Shown: positions 8,928-18,870 of the stretch, piece by piece
Numbering within the stretch: position 1 is the stretch's first letter
How the letters are laid out: each line of letters begins with the position of its first letter
Source of the DNA: Spirochaetaceae bacterium
Lineage (GTDB): Bacteria > Spirochaetota > Spirochaetia > DSM-27196 > SLAA01
Reading direction: 5' to 3'
Length of the DNA: 64,000 nt
Assembly: GCA_007695055.1 (NCBI GenBank)
Contig: REEM01000100.1
Coordinates: 12,270-76,269, forward strand
Program-made: the position numbers and the translations under genes
Notes under the pieces: model-generated
What the model saw: only the letters and a program-made list of their open reading frames with translations
What the model was told of the DNA's origin: nothing
The model's database searches: none

Positions 8928-11741
8928 ATGGTTCCTATTCCCTTCCCAGCCCTGCTAGAGATAGTGTTTTCCGAGTATCGCCAGCACCAGAGCATCTTTG
9001 GCATTCCTGAGCACGCTTTCTGCCAACCCGTCTCGGCTCGGCCGGAGGAAACCAGTCACACTTATGGCCTCTTCAGCGAATTGGTCTCGGCGCCCTTGGG
9101 CCCAGCTATAGGGCCACATACTCATTTGACGCAGAGCATTGTGTGTGCCTATCTGTGTGGTGGCCGGGTGATTGAGCTCAAGACGGTGCAGAAGCTCGAC
9201 CAACTTGAGCTCCAAAAGCCCTGTGTCGATGCCGCCGATATTGGTTACAACACCGAATGGTCTACCGAACTCACTAGTGCGCAGGCAACTGCGGAGTATT
9301 TCAAGGCCTGGTTACTCCTGCACCTGCTGCGGGGGCTCCTCTGGAACGAGTGGGGTCAGGAGCCCGACTTTCTGTTCCTTATGAGTGTCGGATACGACCT
9401 TGAAGGTATACAAGGTGCGACGGTCGACGCATTTCTTGAGGATATGCGAGACGCGGGCCGGTCGGCGGTTTTTGCGGAACTCGTTGACGAACTGGTGACC
9501 TTTCTTGAGGCGCAGCCGGAGCTCGGCTTCTTCCCAGGAGGCTCGCTGAATAACTCGCTATCGGACTCTCCCGAGAACTCTCCGGCAGCGCCATCTGGGC
9601 CCGATCCACGCCTGGACTGGCGCGAGTTCGTACAGGGCATTCGTCACGATATCTGTCGCTCTGTTGCGCTCTCTACCATGCATGGCTGCCCACCCGACGA
9701 GATAGAGGCCATCTGCACCTACCTCCTCACCGAGAAGCGGTTCGACACCCTGGTCAAGCTCAACCCGACCTTGCTCGGCCAGCAGGATGTAGATCAAATT
9801 CTCAGTGACGCCGGGTACAGCATAGACCTGGATTCACACTCCTTTGAGGTTGATCTACGCTATTCGGACGCTGTACAGCTGTTGGGCCGCCTGCAGTCCA
9901 CAGCCGCAGCCGTCGGTCGTGGCTTTGGGCTCAAGCTGTCCAATACCCTGCCGGTGCACAACACCGACTATCGTTTACCGGGTGAAACAATGTATCTCTC
10001 AGGGCGTGCATTGTATCTCCTCACAACCGAGCTAGCGGCGCGTCTCTGCCAGGATCTGCACACCTCCTACGGAGTGGTTCCGCTTGTGTCATACTCCGGG
10101 GGAGCTCATGCTGCCAACATTGTGGAGTTACTGGAAACCGGCATCGGCCCGGTCACAATTTCTACCGATCTGCTGAAACCTGGCGGCTACCTCCGTCTAG
10201 CCGAGGCGCTCCGAGCGGTAGAAGATAGGCATTTCCCAGACCGCCCCGATCCGGAGGCGCTCCGTTCCCTTGCCGACAGCGCCAAGCAACAGCCAGCCTA
10301 CCGCGCTCGTGGCGGTGAGCCGACCGCACGTGTACATCGTCCTTTGCCACTGTTTGACTGCTTTGTGGCACCATGCCGCGAGGCCTGCCCTATAGGTCAG
10401 GATGTGCCCGGCTACATTCGTCTGCTCGGAGAGGGTCGTCCTGCCGAGGCCTTGTCCCTGATTCTTGCAACCAACGCCTTCCCAGGCCTAACCGGCGCTA
10501 TCTGCGACCAGCGATGTGCGCGCGCCTGTACCCGCATTGAGTACGACCGAGCAGTACAGATCCGTGCCGAGAAGGAGCTGGTGGTTCGGGCGGCACGGCA
10601 CACCGGCCTGGGCATGATTCCAAGCCGCCGCCCGGCTATGGGCAGTGCCGAAAACGGAGCGCCGGTTGCGGTTCTGACGGCTGGACTCGCCGGAGTTTCT
10701 GCTGCCTACTACCTTGTACGCGCCGGAATTCCTGCGGTCATCTTTGAGAGTTCAAGCCGCATTGGTGAACGCATTGAAGGCCAACTCGCAAAGTACCGGC
10801 TCACTGGAAACGAACTGACAGAAGACCTCACTCGCGTTGCTGCGTCGGGGGTAAAGTTCCGCCTGGCTCGCGAACGCTATCCCGACGCCGCCGACCTGGT
10901 AGAAGAGGGTTTTGCCGAGGTCGTCCTGAGTGGGCCAGATCCCGAACTGCTACGTAGCTTTGACCTGCGACTGCACCCCGACGGCACTCCAAAGGTCGAG
11001 TCAGAAACGCGACGGACGCCGAACGGGATTTACCTTGGAGGCGACGGGGAGTCTGACCCGCCACGCATCATTGAGGTCATTGCATCCGGGAAGCGCATTG
11101 CCGCGGCAATTCTTGCGGCACGGCGCGCCGGTTCCACAGTGGCGCCCGAGGCAGACGCTGGCCACAGCTCCGGGGGCAGATTCACCGGGGGCAGATTCAC
11201 CGGCGGCCGCCACACAGCCCAACAGGGCCCCAAACCCGACCCTCTGCAGGTGCTCCAAAAGCACGGCCGCTTTGCCGCTCCAGGTCGTGGTTCCGACGGT
11301 GATGTAGCACGGGCCGAGTTCCAACGCTGTCTCGAGTGCAACGTTATCTGTCTTAAGTGCGTCCAGGTGTGTCCCAACCGTGCCAACATCGCCATCCGCA
11401 TGCAGGCCAGTGACGGTTTCACCGACGCCTTCCAGATTGTGCACATGGATTCCTGGTGTAACGACTGCGGTAACTGTGCGGTTTTCTGCCCTTACGACGG
11501 CAAACCCTACCGCGAGAAGTTCACGTTGTTTGCCGACCGCACGGCATTTGAAGCCTCTAACACCCCGGGAATCTGCATTGATCATGGGCAGGTACTCCTG
11601 CGCGGGGGCGAGGCCCAGGCCAACACAGACGGCGGCGGCGTAACGAACCGTGAGGCTAAACGGGTCGCAACGCTGGTTGAACGTATACAGAACGACTACA
11701 GCTATCTCCTCCGCGCCTTTGGGGGCGGCATGGATGAATAA
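8928..11741 (+). CDS. ygfK: YgfK-like Fe-S/flavin oxidoreductase (putative selenate-reductase subunit family)
   Basis: The ORF frame is open from 8658, but I recall E. coli YgfK starting at a similar MxPIPF motif, here MVPIPFPALLEIVFSEYRQHQSIFGIPE at ATG 8928. Conserved blocks: LKTVQKLDQLELQKPCVD, STMHGCPPDEIEAIC, DLLKPGGYLRL, CFVAPCREACPIGQDVPGYIRL and a C-terminal 2x4Fe-4S region (CLECNVICLKCVQVCPNRA...CNDCGNCAVFCPYDGKPY). Confidence 0.85.
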   Translation: MVPIPFPALLEIVFSEYRQHQSIFGIPEHAFCQPVSARPEETSHTYGLFSELVSAPLGPAIGPHTHLTQSIVCAYLCGGRVIELKTVQKLDQLELQKPCVDAADIGYNTEWSTELTSAQATAEYFKAWLLLHLLRGLLWNEWGQEPDFLFLMSVGYDLEGIQGATVDAFLEDMRDAGRSAVFAELVDELVTFLEAQPELGFFPGGSLNNSLSDSPENSPAAPSGPDPRLDWREFVQGIRHDICRSVALSTMHGCPPDEIEAICTYLLTEKRFDTLVKLNPTLLGQQDVDQILSDAGYSIDLDSHSFEVDLRYSDAVQLLGRLQSTAAAVGRGFGLKLSNTLPVHNTDYRLPGETMYLSGRALYLLTTELAARLCQDLHTSYGVVPLVSYSGGAHAANIVELLETGIGPVTISTDLLKPGGYLRLAEALRAVEDRHFPDRPDPEALRSLADSAKQQPAYRARGGEPTARVHRPLPLFDCFVAPCREACPIGQDVPGYIRLLGEGRPAEALSLILATNAFPGLTGAICDQRCARACTRIEYDRAVQIRAEKELVVRAARHTGLGMIPSRRPAMGSAENGAPVAVLTAGLAGVSAAYYLVRAGIPAVIFESSSRIGERIEGQLAKYRLTGNELTEDLTRVAASGVKFRLARERYPDAADLVEEGFAEVVLSGPDPELLRSFDLRLHPDGTPKVESETRRTPNGIYLGGDGESDPPRIIEVIASGKRIAAAILAARRAGSTVAPEADAGHSSGGRFTGGRFTGGRHTAQQGPKPDPLQVLQKHGRFAAPGRGSDGDVARAEFQRCLECNVICLKCVQVCPNRANIAIRMQASDGFTDAFQIVHMDSWCNDCGNCAVFCPYDGKPYREKFTLFADRTAFEASNTPGICIDHGQVLLRGGEAQANTDGGGVTNREAKRVATLVERIQNDYSYLLRAFGGGMDE
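11172..11201 (+). repeat. 15-bp exact tandem duplication inside ygfK
   Basis: gggggcagattcacc occurs twice (11172..11186 and 11187..11201), followed by a degenerate third unit. It encodes GGRFT-GGRFT-GGRHT in an inter-domain linker. Confidence 0.9.
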
Positions 11742-11786
11742 ATCGATGTATAATCTCACTACAGAAGCAAAAGGAGCACACAGTCT

Positions 11787-12983
11787 ATGAGCATTTTTGA
11801 CACAATCCGGGAGAAGTCGGAAGCATACGCCGAGGACACTGCGGCGGTTCTCTCACACCTCGTTCGAACCAAGTCCTATGGCGGCGAGGAAGGTGATGTC
11901 CTCAAGGTGATTGAACAGTACTGCCAACAGTACAACTTTGACGAGGTGCGTTTTGACGGCCTGGGAAACCTCATTGCCCGCGTTGGGGAGGGAAGCCGCT
12001 CCATAGCCTTTGACGCCCATGTAGACACTGTTGAAGTTGGCGACCCGGATCAATGGACACGTGATCCTTTTTCCGGACTCATAGAGGACGGCTGGTTGCA
12101 CGGTCGAGGTTCCTCAGACCAGAAGGGTGGAGCCGCATCAATGCTCACCGCTGGCCGCATTCTCAAGGAGATTGGCTACACCGGCCCCTACGCTGTGTAC
12201 TTCACCTTTACGGTGCTCGAGGAAGACTGCGACGGAATGTGTTGGAAGTACCTCATTGAGGAGGAAGGCCTGAAGCCTGACTTTGCCGTCTCCACCGAAC
12301 CGACAAGCTGCAACCTCTACCGCGGTCAGCGTGGGCGCATGGAGATAGAGGTGCACTTTAAGGGTGTTTCCTGCCATGGGAGCGCACCGGAGCGTGGGGT
12401 AAATGCAGCGTATAAGGCAGCCCGCACCGTGCTTGCCCTTGAGCAACTCAATGAGGAGCTCAAGCCTGATGACGACGGCTTTCTTGGCAAAGGTACGGTG
12501 GTGGTAAGCCAGGTTCATGCTCGTGGCCCCTCACAGTGTGCAGTTCCCGATCAAGCCCGACTTTACCTTGACCGCCGCTTAACCTGGGGTGAAACCAAGG
12601 AGCTTGCGGTCGAGCAGGTGAAGAAACTGGGAGAGGGTGAGATTGAGCGTGTCGAGGTTCCCTACTACACCAAAACCAGTTGGAAAGGCACCGAGTATGG
12701 ACAGGAGTTGTACTTCCCTACCTGGAAGATCCCGGCCGACCATCCGCTGGTACTTGCCGGTGTTGTGGCCCATAAGAACCTGTATGGTGAGGCGCCGCTT
12801 GTAGATAAATGGACCTTCTCCACCAACGGAGTATCTATCTGTGGCCTCCACGAGGTACCGCTGATTGGTTTTGGACCAGGTGATGAAGCAGAGGCCCACG
12901 CGCCCAATGAGAAACTCCGGGTGGCGGACCTCCCGATAGCAGCCGCCTTTTACGCAGCTCTGCCGTACAACCTGCCGCAGTAG
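11787..12983 (+). CDS. ygeY: YgeY-family M20 peptidase (selenium-metabolism-linked hydrolase)
   Basis: 398 aa. Blocks as I recall them from E. coli YgeY: FDAHVDTV, GRGSSDQKGG, EEDCDGMCWKYLIEE, YRGQRGRMEIEV...GVSCHGSAPERG, DRRLTWGET, DKWTFSTNGVSI and GFGPGDEAEAHAPNE. Confidence 0.88.
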   Translation: MSIFDTIREKSEAYAEDTAAVLSHLVRTKSYGGEEGDVLKVIEQYCQQYNFDEVRFDGLGNLIARVGEGSRSIAFDAHVDTVEVGDPDQWTRDPFSGLIEDGWLHGRGSSDQKGGAASMLTAGRILKEIGYTGPYAVYFTFTVLEEDCDGMCWKYLIEEEGLKPDFAVSTEPTSCNLYRGQRGRMEIEVHFKGVSCHGSAPERGVNAAYKAARTVLALEQLNEELKPDDDGFLGKGTVVVSQVHARGPSQCAVPDQARLYLDRRLTWGETKELAVEQVKKLGEGEIERVEVPYYTKTSWKGTEYGQELYFPTWKIPADHPLVLAGVVAHKNLYGEAPLVDKWTFSTNGVSICGLHEVPLIGFGPGDEAEAHAPNEKLRVADLPIAAAFYAALPYNLPQ

Positions 12984-13078
12984 AGTCCTGCGCGCGGTAG
13001 TAGGTGCGTTGTAGCAGAGGCGCACGAGGCATGGGGTGGCTGACGCCATCTGCAACTGAATATGAACTGGAGGCACGA

Positions 13079-15856
13079 GTGAGTACGAAAATCCATTGCA
13101 CCATTAACGGAGAGAGGCATGAGTTCGGCACTGGGGCGGGCACAATGCTTATTGATGTTCTGCGTGACCACCTGGGACTCGTCGGAACCAAGAACGGTTG
13201 CGGCAACGGGCAGTGTGGTGCGTGTGCGGTGATTATGAATAATAAGCTCACTCGTTCCTGTGTCACGCCCATAGCCAAGCTTGACGGCGCGGAGATTGAG
13301 ACGGTAGAGTCGCTATCCCGTGGAGGGCAGCTGCACGCGCTTCAGGAGGCCTTTGTTGCAGAAGGTGCAGTGCAGTGCGGTTTCTGTACACCGGGTATGC
13401 TTATGGCGGCTAAGGCGCTCCTGCTGCAGAATCCCCAGCCGACACACCACGAGATCCGTGAGGCCTTGGAGCCTCAGCTCTGCCGCTGCACCGGGTATAG
13501 CGCCATTGTGCGGGCGGTGCGGCGGGCGGCGGGGTTGCCGGTGGCTGAACACGGTGCGGCGGACGCCGCTGCCGAGCTTTCGGGTTCAGTACCACTCCCG
13601 GGCAGCGAAACTGTCACAAACGGCCTTACCGGGTCTGTAGGCACCTCACCGCTCCGCAAAGATACCCTGGCAAAGCTGCGGGGTGAACGCGTATTTGCCG
13701 CCGACTACGAGTCCCCCGAGATGCTCCATGGCGCCTTTGTTTTAAGCGACAAAGACCATGCCCGACTGCTGAGCCTCAACCTTGAGCAGGCACGAAAAGC
13801 TCCCGGGGTCGTAACCATTCTCAGTGCGTCCGATATTCCCGGCCGCAACGGCTTTGGACTGTTCATTCCGCATCAGCCGGTATTTGCCTCGGATCTTGTT
13901 CGTTACCGCGGCGAACCCTTGGCGCTGGTTGTGGCAGAGTCCCTTGCCATGGCACGAGCCGCTGCCAAACTCATAAAGGCCGAGTATGAAGACCTGCCGG
14001 TTATTCACTCAATTGACGAGGCCATGGCCCCCGGAGCGCCTGAGCTTCACGAGGGCGGCAATACTGCCGACACCGTGCGGTTTCGGCGGGGGAACCCGGA
14101 GCAGGCATTTGCAGATGCAGATCTGGTAATTGAGGGTGAGTACTTCACCCCAGCAATTGAACACGCCTACCTGGAACCGGAGGCCTGCCTTGCAGTTCCC
14201 GGCTCGCAACCAGCGGTTACGGTATATACCGCAAACCAAGGCTCCGGCGCGTACCAGCAAATGATTGCCGCTACCTTAGCCGTTGACCCCGAACAGGTTC
14301 GAGTCGTCTATACCCCTGCTGGCGGCGGTTTTGGCGGTAAGGAAGAACCAACCGTTCAGATACAGGCCGCGCTCGCAGCCCGCCTTACCGGCCGGCCGGT
14401 GAAGGTTGTACTCAATCGCAGCGAGTCAATCCGAATGAGCACCAAGCGTCATGGGAGTCGTGTTCGCATTCGCCATGCAGTGCGCAAGGACGGCACCTTG
14501 TTGGCGGTCGAGACCGACACAGTGGTAGATTCCGGCTCCTATCTTTCACTCAGCAAACCCGTTATTTTCCGCACCGCTATCATGGCTGGTGGCCCGTACG
14601 AGATTCCCAATGCTTCCGTGAACTCATGCGGAGTGTACACCAACACCAATCCATCCGGCGCCTTTCGGGGCTTCGGCAGCACCCAGATCTGTTTTGCGGT
14701 CGAACTCCAGATGGACAAGATCGCGCGGGCCTTGGGTATGGATCCCATTGAACTACGCCGCAAGAATGCCCTTGCACCTGGCAAGACAACCGTGACCGGA
14801 CACCTTCTGCCCGAGGGGAACCCCTACCCGGAGACGGTGAACCAGGTTGCCGACGCGCTCGCAGCGGCGCTTAAGGAAACAACTCCAGCTGCTGGCAAGA
14901 AACTTGGTGTTGGGTTTGCCAGCGCCTACAAGAACGTTGGCGTGGGAAAAGGCCTGCCAGATGAAGCCTCGGCAGCTGTAGAGTTGCGTGAGGATGGCTC
15001 GGTGCGCATCTTTGTTGGGGCCACCGACATGGGGCAGGGATCGGACACGGTAATGGCGCAGATTGCCGCCGAGCGCCTTGGAGTTCCCTATAGTCTGGTC
15101 GATGTAGTGTCGTCCGACACCGAGCGTTGTCCGGAGGCCGGACTCACCACCGCATCTCGCCAGACCTTTGTCAGCGGTAATGCCGTCAACGGGGCTGCTG
15201 CGCTGCTCCTGGAAACACTTAAGAAACCCGACGGCGTGAACCTATCTGGCTATGCGGAAGAGGAAGCCCGGGAAGCATTGACGGAACTGTATGAGGAACA
15301 CTACAAAGGTGAACGACTTCGAGTCGAGTATCGGTACCGGCCACCCCGAACCATGCCGCTACCGGAGGACTGCGAGGCGGTGGTACCAGATCACCCCGAA
15401 GGCCACGCAATCCATTTTGCCTACTGTTATACCAGTATGGCGGCAATTGTGGAGGTTAACCCCGACGGCACCGATTTGCGAGTGCTACGGCTCATTACGG
15501 CGCAGGATGTTGGCCGTGCCCTACACCGCCAGAATGTTCTTGGTCAGGTCGAAGGAGCGGTGGTCATGGGCTATGGTTATGGGGTGCGTGAAAAATTTGA
15601 GTCGGGACGCAACGGTACAGCTACAACCACAATCAATTCGCTGGGGCTGCCTCGCTTCCTTGACTCACCAATACTGGAAACCTACATAGTAGAGGCGGCT
15701 CATCCACACGGGCCCTACGGCGCTAAGGGAATTGGTGAGATACCGCTGAATCCCGCTGCCCCCGCAATTGCTGCGGCAGTGCATGATGCACTCGGCGTGT
15801 ATCCCACCAGTTTGCCCTTTGGCGCTACCCTGCCGGACCTGGTTGCTGGCTCTTAG
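13079..15856 (+). CDS. xdhD: XdhD-like molybdenum hydroxylase with fused 2Fe-2S domain (no FAD domain)
   Basis: 2Fe-2S motifs CGNGQCGACAV, CGFCTPGM and CRCTGY are followed by a large molybdopterin-binding region (GGGFGGKE etc.). I prefer the GTG start at 13079 because a GGAGG RBS lies at 13069..13073. The ORF frame is open from 13004. Confidence 0.85.
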   Translation: MSTKIHCTINGERHEFGTGAGTMLIDVLRDHLGLVGTKNGCGNGQCGACAVIMNNKLTRSCVTPIAKLDGAEIETVESLSRGGQLHALQEAFVAEGAVQCGFCTPGMLMAAKALLLQNPQPTHHEIREALEPQLCRCTGYSAIVRAVRRAAGLPVAEHGAADAAAELSGSVPLPGSETVTNGLTGSVGTSPLRKDTLAKLRGERVFAADYESPEMLHGAFVLSDKDHARLLSLNLEQARKAPGVVTILSASDIPGRNGFGLFIPHQPVFASDLVRYRGEPLALVVAESLAMARAAAKLIKAEYEDLPVIHSIDEAMAPGAPELHEGGNTADTVRFRRGNPEQAFADADLVIEGEYFTPAIEHAYLEPEACLAVPGSQPAVTVYTANQGSGAYQQMIAATLAVDPEQVRVVYTPAGGGFGGKEEPTVQIQAALAARLTGRPVKVVLNRSESIRMSTKRHGSRVRIRHAVRKDGTLLAVETDTVVDSGSYLSLSKPVIFRTAIMAGGPYEIPNASVNSCGVYTNTNPSGAFRGFGSTQICFAVELQMDKIARALGMDPIELRRKNALAPGKTTVTGHLLPEGNPYPETVNQVADALAAALKETTPAAGKKLGVGFASAYKNVGVGKGLPDEASAAVELREDGSVRIFVGATDMGQGSDTVMAQIAAERLGVPYSLVDVVSSDTERCPEAGLTTASRQTFVSGNAVNGAAALLLETLKKPDGVNLSGYAEEEAREALTELYEEHYKGERLRVEYRYRPPRTMPLPEDCEAVVPDHPEGHAIHFAYCYTSMAAIVEVNPDGTDLRVLRLITAQDVGRALHRQNVLGQVEGAVVMGYGYGVREKFESGRNGTATTTINSLGLPRFLDSPILETYIVEAAHPHGPYGAKGIGEIPLNPAAPAIAAAVHDALGVYPTSLPFGATLPDLVAGS

Positions 15857-15906
15857 ACGCGAGCGCGCGCCGGATGAGTCGTGCCAGATGAGTTAGGAAG
15901 GAGCAG

Positions 15907-15928
15907 GGAGGCGCGTCACAGCGCCTCC
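15907..15928. terminator. Bidirectional hairpin between convergent xdhD and the ABC ATPase gene
   Basis: GGAGGCGC-gtcaca-GCGCCTCC forms a perfect 8-bp GC-rich stem. It is the only structure in the 78-nt convergent gap. The U-tract is weak. Confidence 0.5.
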
Positions 15929-15934
15929 AGTTTG

Positions 15935-17035
15935 CTACTGTACAGGAATAAGATGAGCCGCTTTCATGCCAAAGTCTATCTCGACCGAGGAGCCGGTCTC
16001 AATGAAACCTTCCTCTACTGGATTAAAAGTCACGGCCTGAATAGGGGTCTCAACGCCAGGCACTACTATTTCGTACTCGACGGTGGCTCCAATGTAGACC
16101 TGCTTCTCTACCACACCGCTGAGCAAACCCTTTGGGCCCCCGGCTTCAGTCTTTGCCAGTCGTAAGGACTCCGGTCGAACTACGGTCAGCGCGCTGTCTC
16201 CGGCGCTGAAACTTCCCTCAGCGCTTCCGGCATCTCCTATCCCGCCCTGATACTGCACATTCAACGCACCATCAGTAGCCCCAACCACCGTGCAGGGAAT
16301 AAAGTTGACCCGTCCAATGAAGTCGGCGACAAAGTAGTTCGCCGGACGGGAGTAGATCTCAAAGGGTGTGCCGACCTGCATCACTCGTCCCTTGTCCATG
16401 ACAACAATCCTGTCAGACACGGTCATAGCCTCGGACTGGTCATGCGTAACGTAGATACTGGTTATGCCGAATGTCTTCTGTATTCTGCGAATCTCAAGCC
16501 GCATCTGCTCTCGCAGTTTTGCATCTAGATTTGACAGTGGTTCGTCAAAGAGCAACACCTTCGGTCGGTTAATTACGGCCCGCGCCAAAGCAACTCGCTG
16601 TTGCTGGCCACCCGAGAGTTGATCCGGGCTGCGATGGTAGAGGTCGGTGAGATTCATCACCTCCATGACCTCCATGACTGCGTCCTTGATCTGCTTTTTG
16701 TTCATGCCGCGCAGCTCCGGTCCAAAGCCAATATTCTGACCAACCGAGAGATGCGGAAAAATTGCATAGCTCTGAAACACCATTGAGGTATCGCGCTTGT
16801 TTGGCGGGAGGTGACTGACTTCCTTGCCTCCAATCCAGACCGTCCCGGAGTTTGGAGCTTCAAAGCCGGACACAATGCGCAAGGTTGTGGTCTTGCCACA
16901 CCCAGAGGGGCCGAGAAAGGTAACCATTTCACCTTCCTGTATCTCCAGGGTCATGTCCTCAACCGCTGTTACCCTGTTGTCAGGTTGATCAGGATCAGAA
17001 AAGTATTTGTGAATTGCCTCTAGTCGTACGCTCAT
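15935..17035 (-). CDS. ABC transporter ATP-binding protein (PotA/FbpC-type importer ATPase)
   Basis: Walker A GPSGCGKTT, signature LSGGQQQRVALARA and Walker B LLFDEPLS, with a C-terminal TOBE-like regulatory domain. Confidence 0.9.
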   Translation of the reverse strand: MSVRLEAIHKYFSDPDQPDNRVTAVEDMTLEIQEGEMVTFLGPSGCGKTTTLRIVSGFEAPNSGTVWIGGKEVSHLPPNKRDTSMVFQSYAIFPHLSVGQNIGFGPELRGMNKKQIKDAVMEVMEVMNLTDLYHRSPDQLSGGQQQRVALARAVINRPKVLLFDEPLSNLDAKLREQMRLEIRRIQKTFGITSIYVTHDQSEAMTVSDRIVVMDKGRVMQVGTPFEIYSRPANYFVADFIGRVNFIPCTVVGATDGALNVQYQGGIGDAGSAEGSFSAGDSALTVVRPESLRLAKTEAGGPKGLLSGVVEKQVYIGATVEYEIVVPGVETPIQAVTFNPVEEGFIETGSSVEIDFGMKAAHLIPVQ

Positions 17036-17044
17036 ATGCTGCTC

Positions 17045-18751
17045 CTAAACCTGTAGTAACTTGCCTTTGTAGCCACTAAAACCCTTTGTGAGTATTAGGC
17101 GTATTATCATCATGGCAACGAGAATGATCGCAACCAATACAACGCTAAATGCCGAGGCCGCACCAAAACGCCCCGACTCCACCTGCGCCATGATTTGAAC
17201 GGTCATGAGATTCCAGTTTGCTGAGACCAAGAAGATGGCGGCGCTGATTGCTGTCATGGCGCGGACGAACGCAAATGTCAGACCCGAGAAAAATGCGGGC
17301 AGCATAAGAGGTAGCGTAATCCGGCGAAAACTCGTTCGTGCGTCGGCCCCGAGATCTATGGCCGCCTCTTCTATTGAAGGGTCAACCTGCCGGAGTATAG
17401 CAATACCAGACTGTATTCCGACCGGAATGTAGCGGAAAATGAAGTTCAGCGCTAGAATAGCAAAGGTTCCAGTCAGAATGAGCGGGGGCTTGTTGAAGGC
17501 AAGAATGTAGCCAATTCCGATTACGGTTCCTGGAACTGCAAAGCTCAACATTGAGGTGAAGTCCATAAACTGTCGCCCTGGGAAGCGCTTACGCACGACA
17601 AGAAACGCAATTACCATGCCCAGTATGCCCGCAATTGGAGTCGATACTCCTGCAATTATCAGTGTGTCTCGTACCGCACTAAACCCAACACCAAAGACAT
17701 ATTGGAAGTGGCGCAAGGTTAGGGTGGTCATGTCATGTCCCCAGACCCGCGCAAATGCCGCCCAGAGAATAGTGGCGTAGACCAGGAGTATGATGCCGGC
17801 CACGAACAGGCAGAGGCCAAAGAGAATCCACTGAACCGGACGACTCACAAGCTTGATGCTCGAGCTTGTCGGTTTGCCGGTGATGGTCACGTACTGCTTC
17901 CTACTCACCCAGTATTTCTGAATGAAGAAGGCCGTGATAGAAGGAATGAGTAGTACGACGGCGAGTGCCGCACCGCGCGGAAGGTTGTACATACCGGTAA
18001 TCTGCAGATAGGCCTGCACCGAGAGAACTGGAAAACGACTGCCCGCAAGAATGAGCGGGTTTCCAAAGTCTGAAAGCGTCTCAATAAACAGCACCAACAT
18101 GGCGCTGGCTATACCGGGAAAGGTGAGCGGAAGTGTCACACGTCGAAACACCTTCCAGCGCGAACCGCCAAGATCCATTGCTGCATCTTCGAGCGTGGGA
18201 CTAATGGATTCAAGAACGCCCTTGAGCGTTATGTAGGCGACCGGGAAGAAGGTCAGCACCTGTGCAAACATGAGTCCCCAGAAACCGTAAATGTTTAGAT
18301 TGCGAATACCGAGCAGCTGATACGAGATAAGGCCGTTACGGCCGAACAGCATAATAATTGCCATGGCACCAATAAAGGGTGGCGAAACAATTGGTACAAT
18401 CGCAATTGTGTTCAGCGCCTTCTTAAAAGGAACTGATGTCCGGGTGATAGTAAACGCGAACAGGAATCCGACAGCACTCCCCGCAATTGCTGTAGCCACG
18501 CCAAGGAGCAAACTGTTCCTGAGCGCTGACCGCTCGTGTTGGGAGGTGAAGAAGCGCTCGAAAGGTGCAGTGCTCCAACGCCCCATGTCGTCCCGAAAGC
18601 TGGTGATGAGAACCTCAAACAAGGGATACAAAATAAAGAGAACCAATGAGGCAAGAATGGCTACAATGGTTAGAAGAAGGATCGGATCCCCCGACAACCT
18701 CCGTAAGGCCAGGATCTGCTGCTTTGCCTTGTTCTTGAGCCTCTGTGACAT
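17045..18751 (-). CDS. ABC transporter permease, fused double-domain (FbpB/ThiP-like)
   Basis: About 12 TM segments in two repeated permease halves. I prefer the start at ATG 18751 (MSQRLKNK...), which has an AAGGAG RBS upstream. The ORF track begins at TTG 18784. Confidence 0.85.
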   Translation of the reverse strand: MSQRLKNKAKQQILALRRLSGDPILLLTIVAILASLVLFILYPLFEVLITSFRDDMGRWSTAPFERFFTSQHERSALRNSLLLGVATAIAGSAVGFLFAFTITRTSVPFKKALNTIAIVPIVSPPFIGAMAIIMLFGRNGLISYQLLGIRNLNIYGFWGLMFAQVLTFFPVAYITLKGVLESISPTLEDAAMDLGGSRWKVFRRVTLPLTFPGIASAMLVLFIETLSDFGNPLILAGSRFPVLSVQAYLQITGMYNLPRGAALAVVLLIPSITAFFIQKYWVSRKQYVTITGKPTSSSIKLVSRPVQWILFGLCLFVAGIILLVYATILWAAFARVWGHDMTTLTLRHFQYVFGVGFSAVRDTLIIAGVSTPIAGILGMVIAFLVVRKRFPGRQFMDFTSMLSFAVPGTVIGIGYILAFNKPPLILTGTFAILALNFIFRYIPVGIQSGIAILRQVDPSIEEAAIDLGADARTSFRRITLPLMLPAFFSGLTFAFVRAMTAISAAIFLVSANWNLMTVQIMAQVESGRFGAASAFSVVLVAIILVAMMIIRLILTKGFSGYKGKLLQV

Positions 18752-18870
18752 CGACACAATCTCCTTTGGGCATGTCTGCATCAACGGTGTGGTACCTTTG
18801 ATGCGTGGCCTGGGTGCTTATGCACCCAGGCCAACAAGTTCACTCGATCGATGCTGTAAAATGAGTCCGC

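Noticed and set aside
11172-11216. Short tandem repeats here, at 45339-45401 and at 48895-48928, considered as a possible CRISPR or minisatellite
   Set aside because: Each has only 2-2.5 copies with no spacer structure, and two of the three lie inside coding sequence. They are simple duplications, not arrays.
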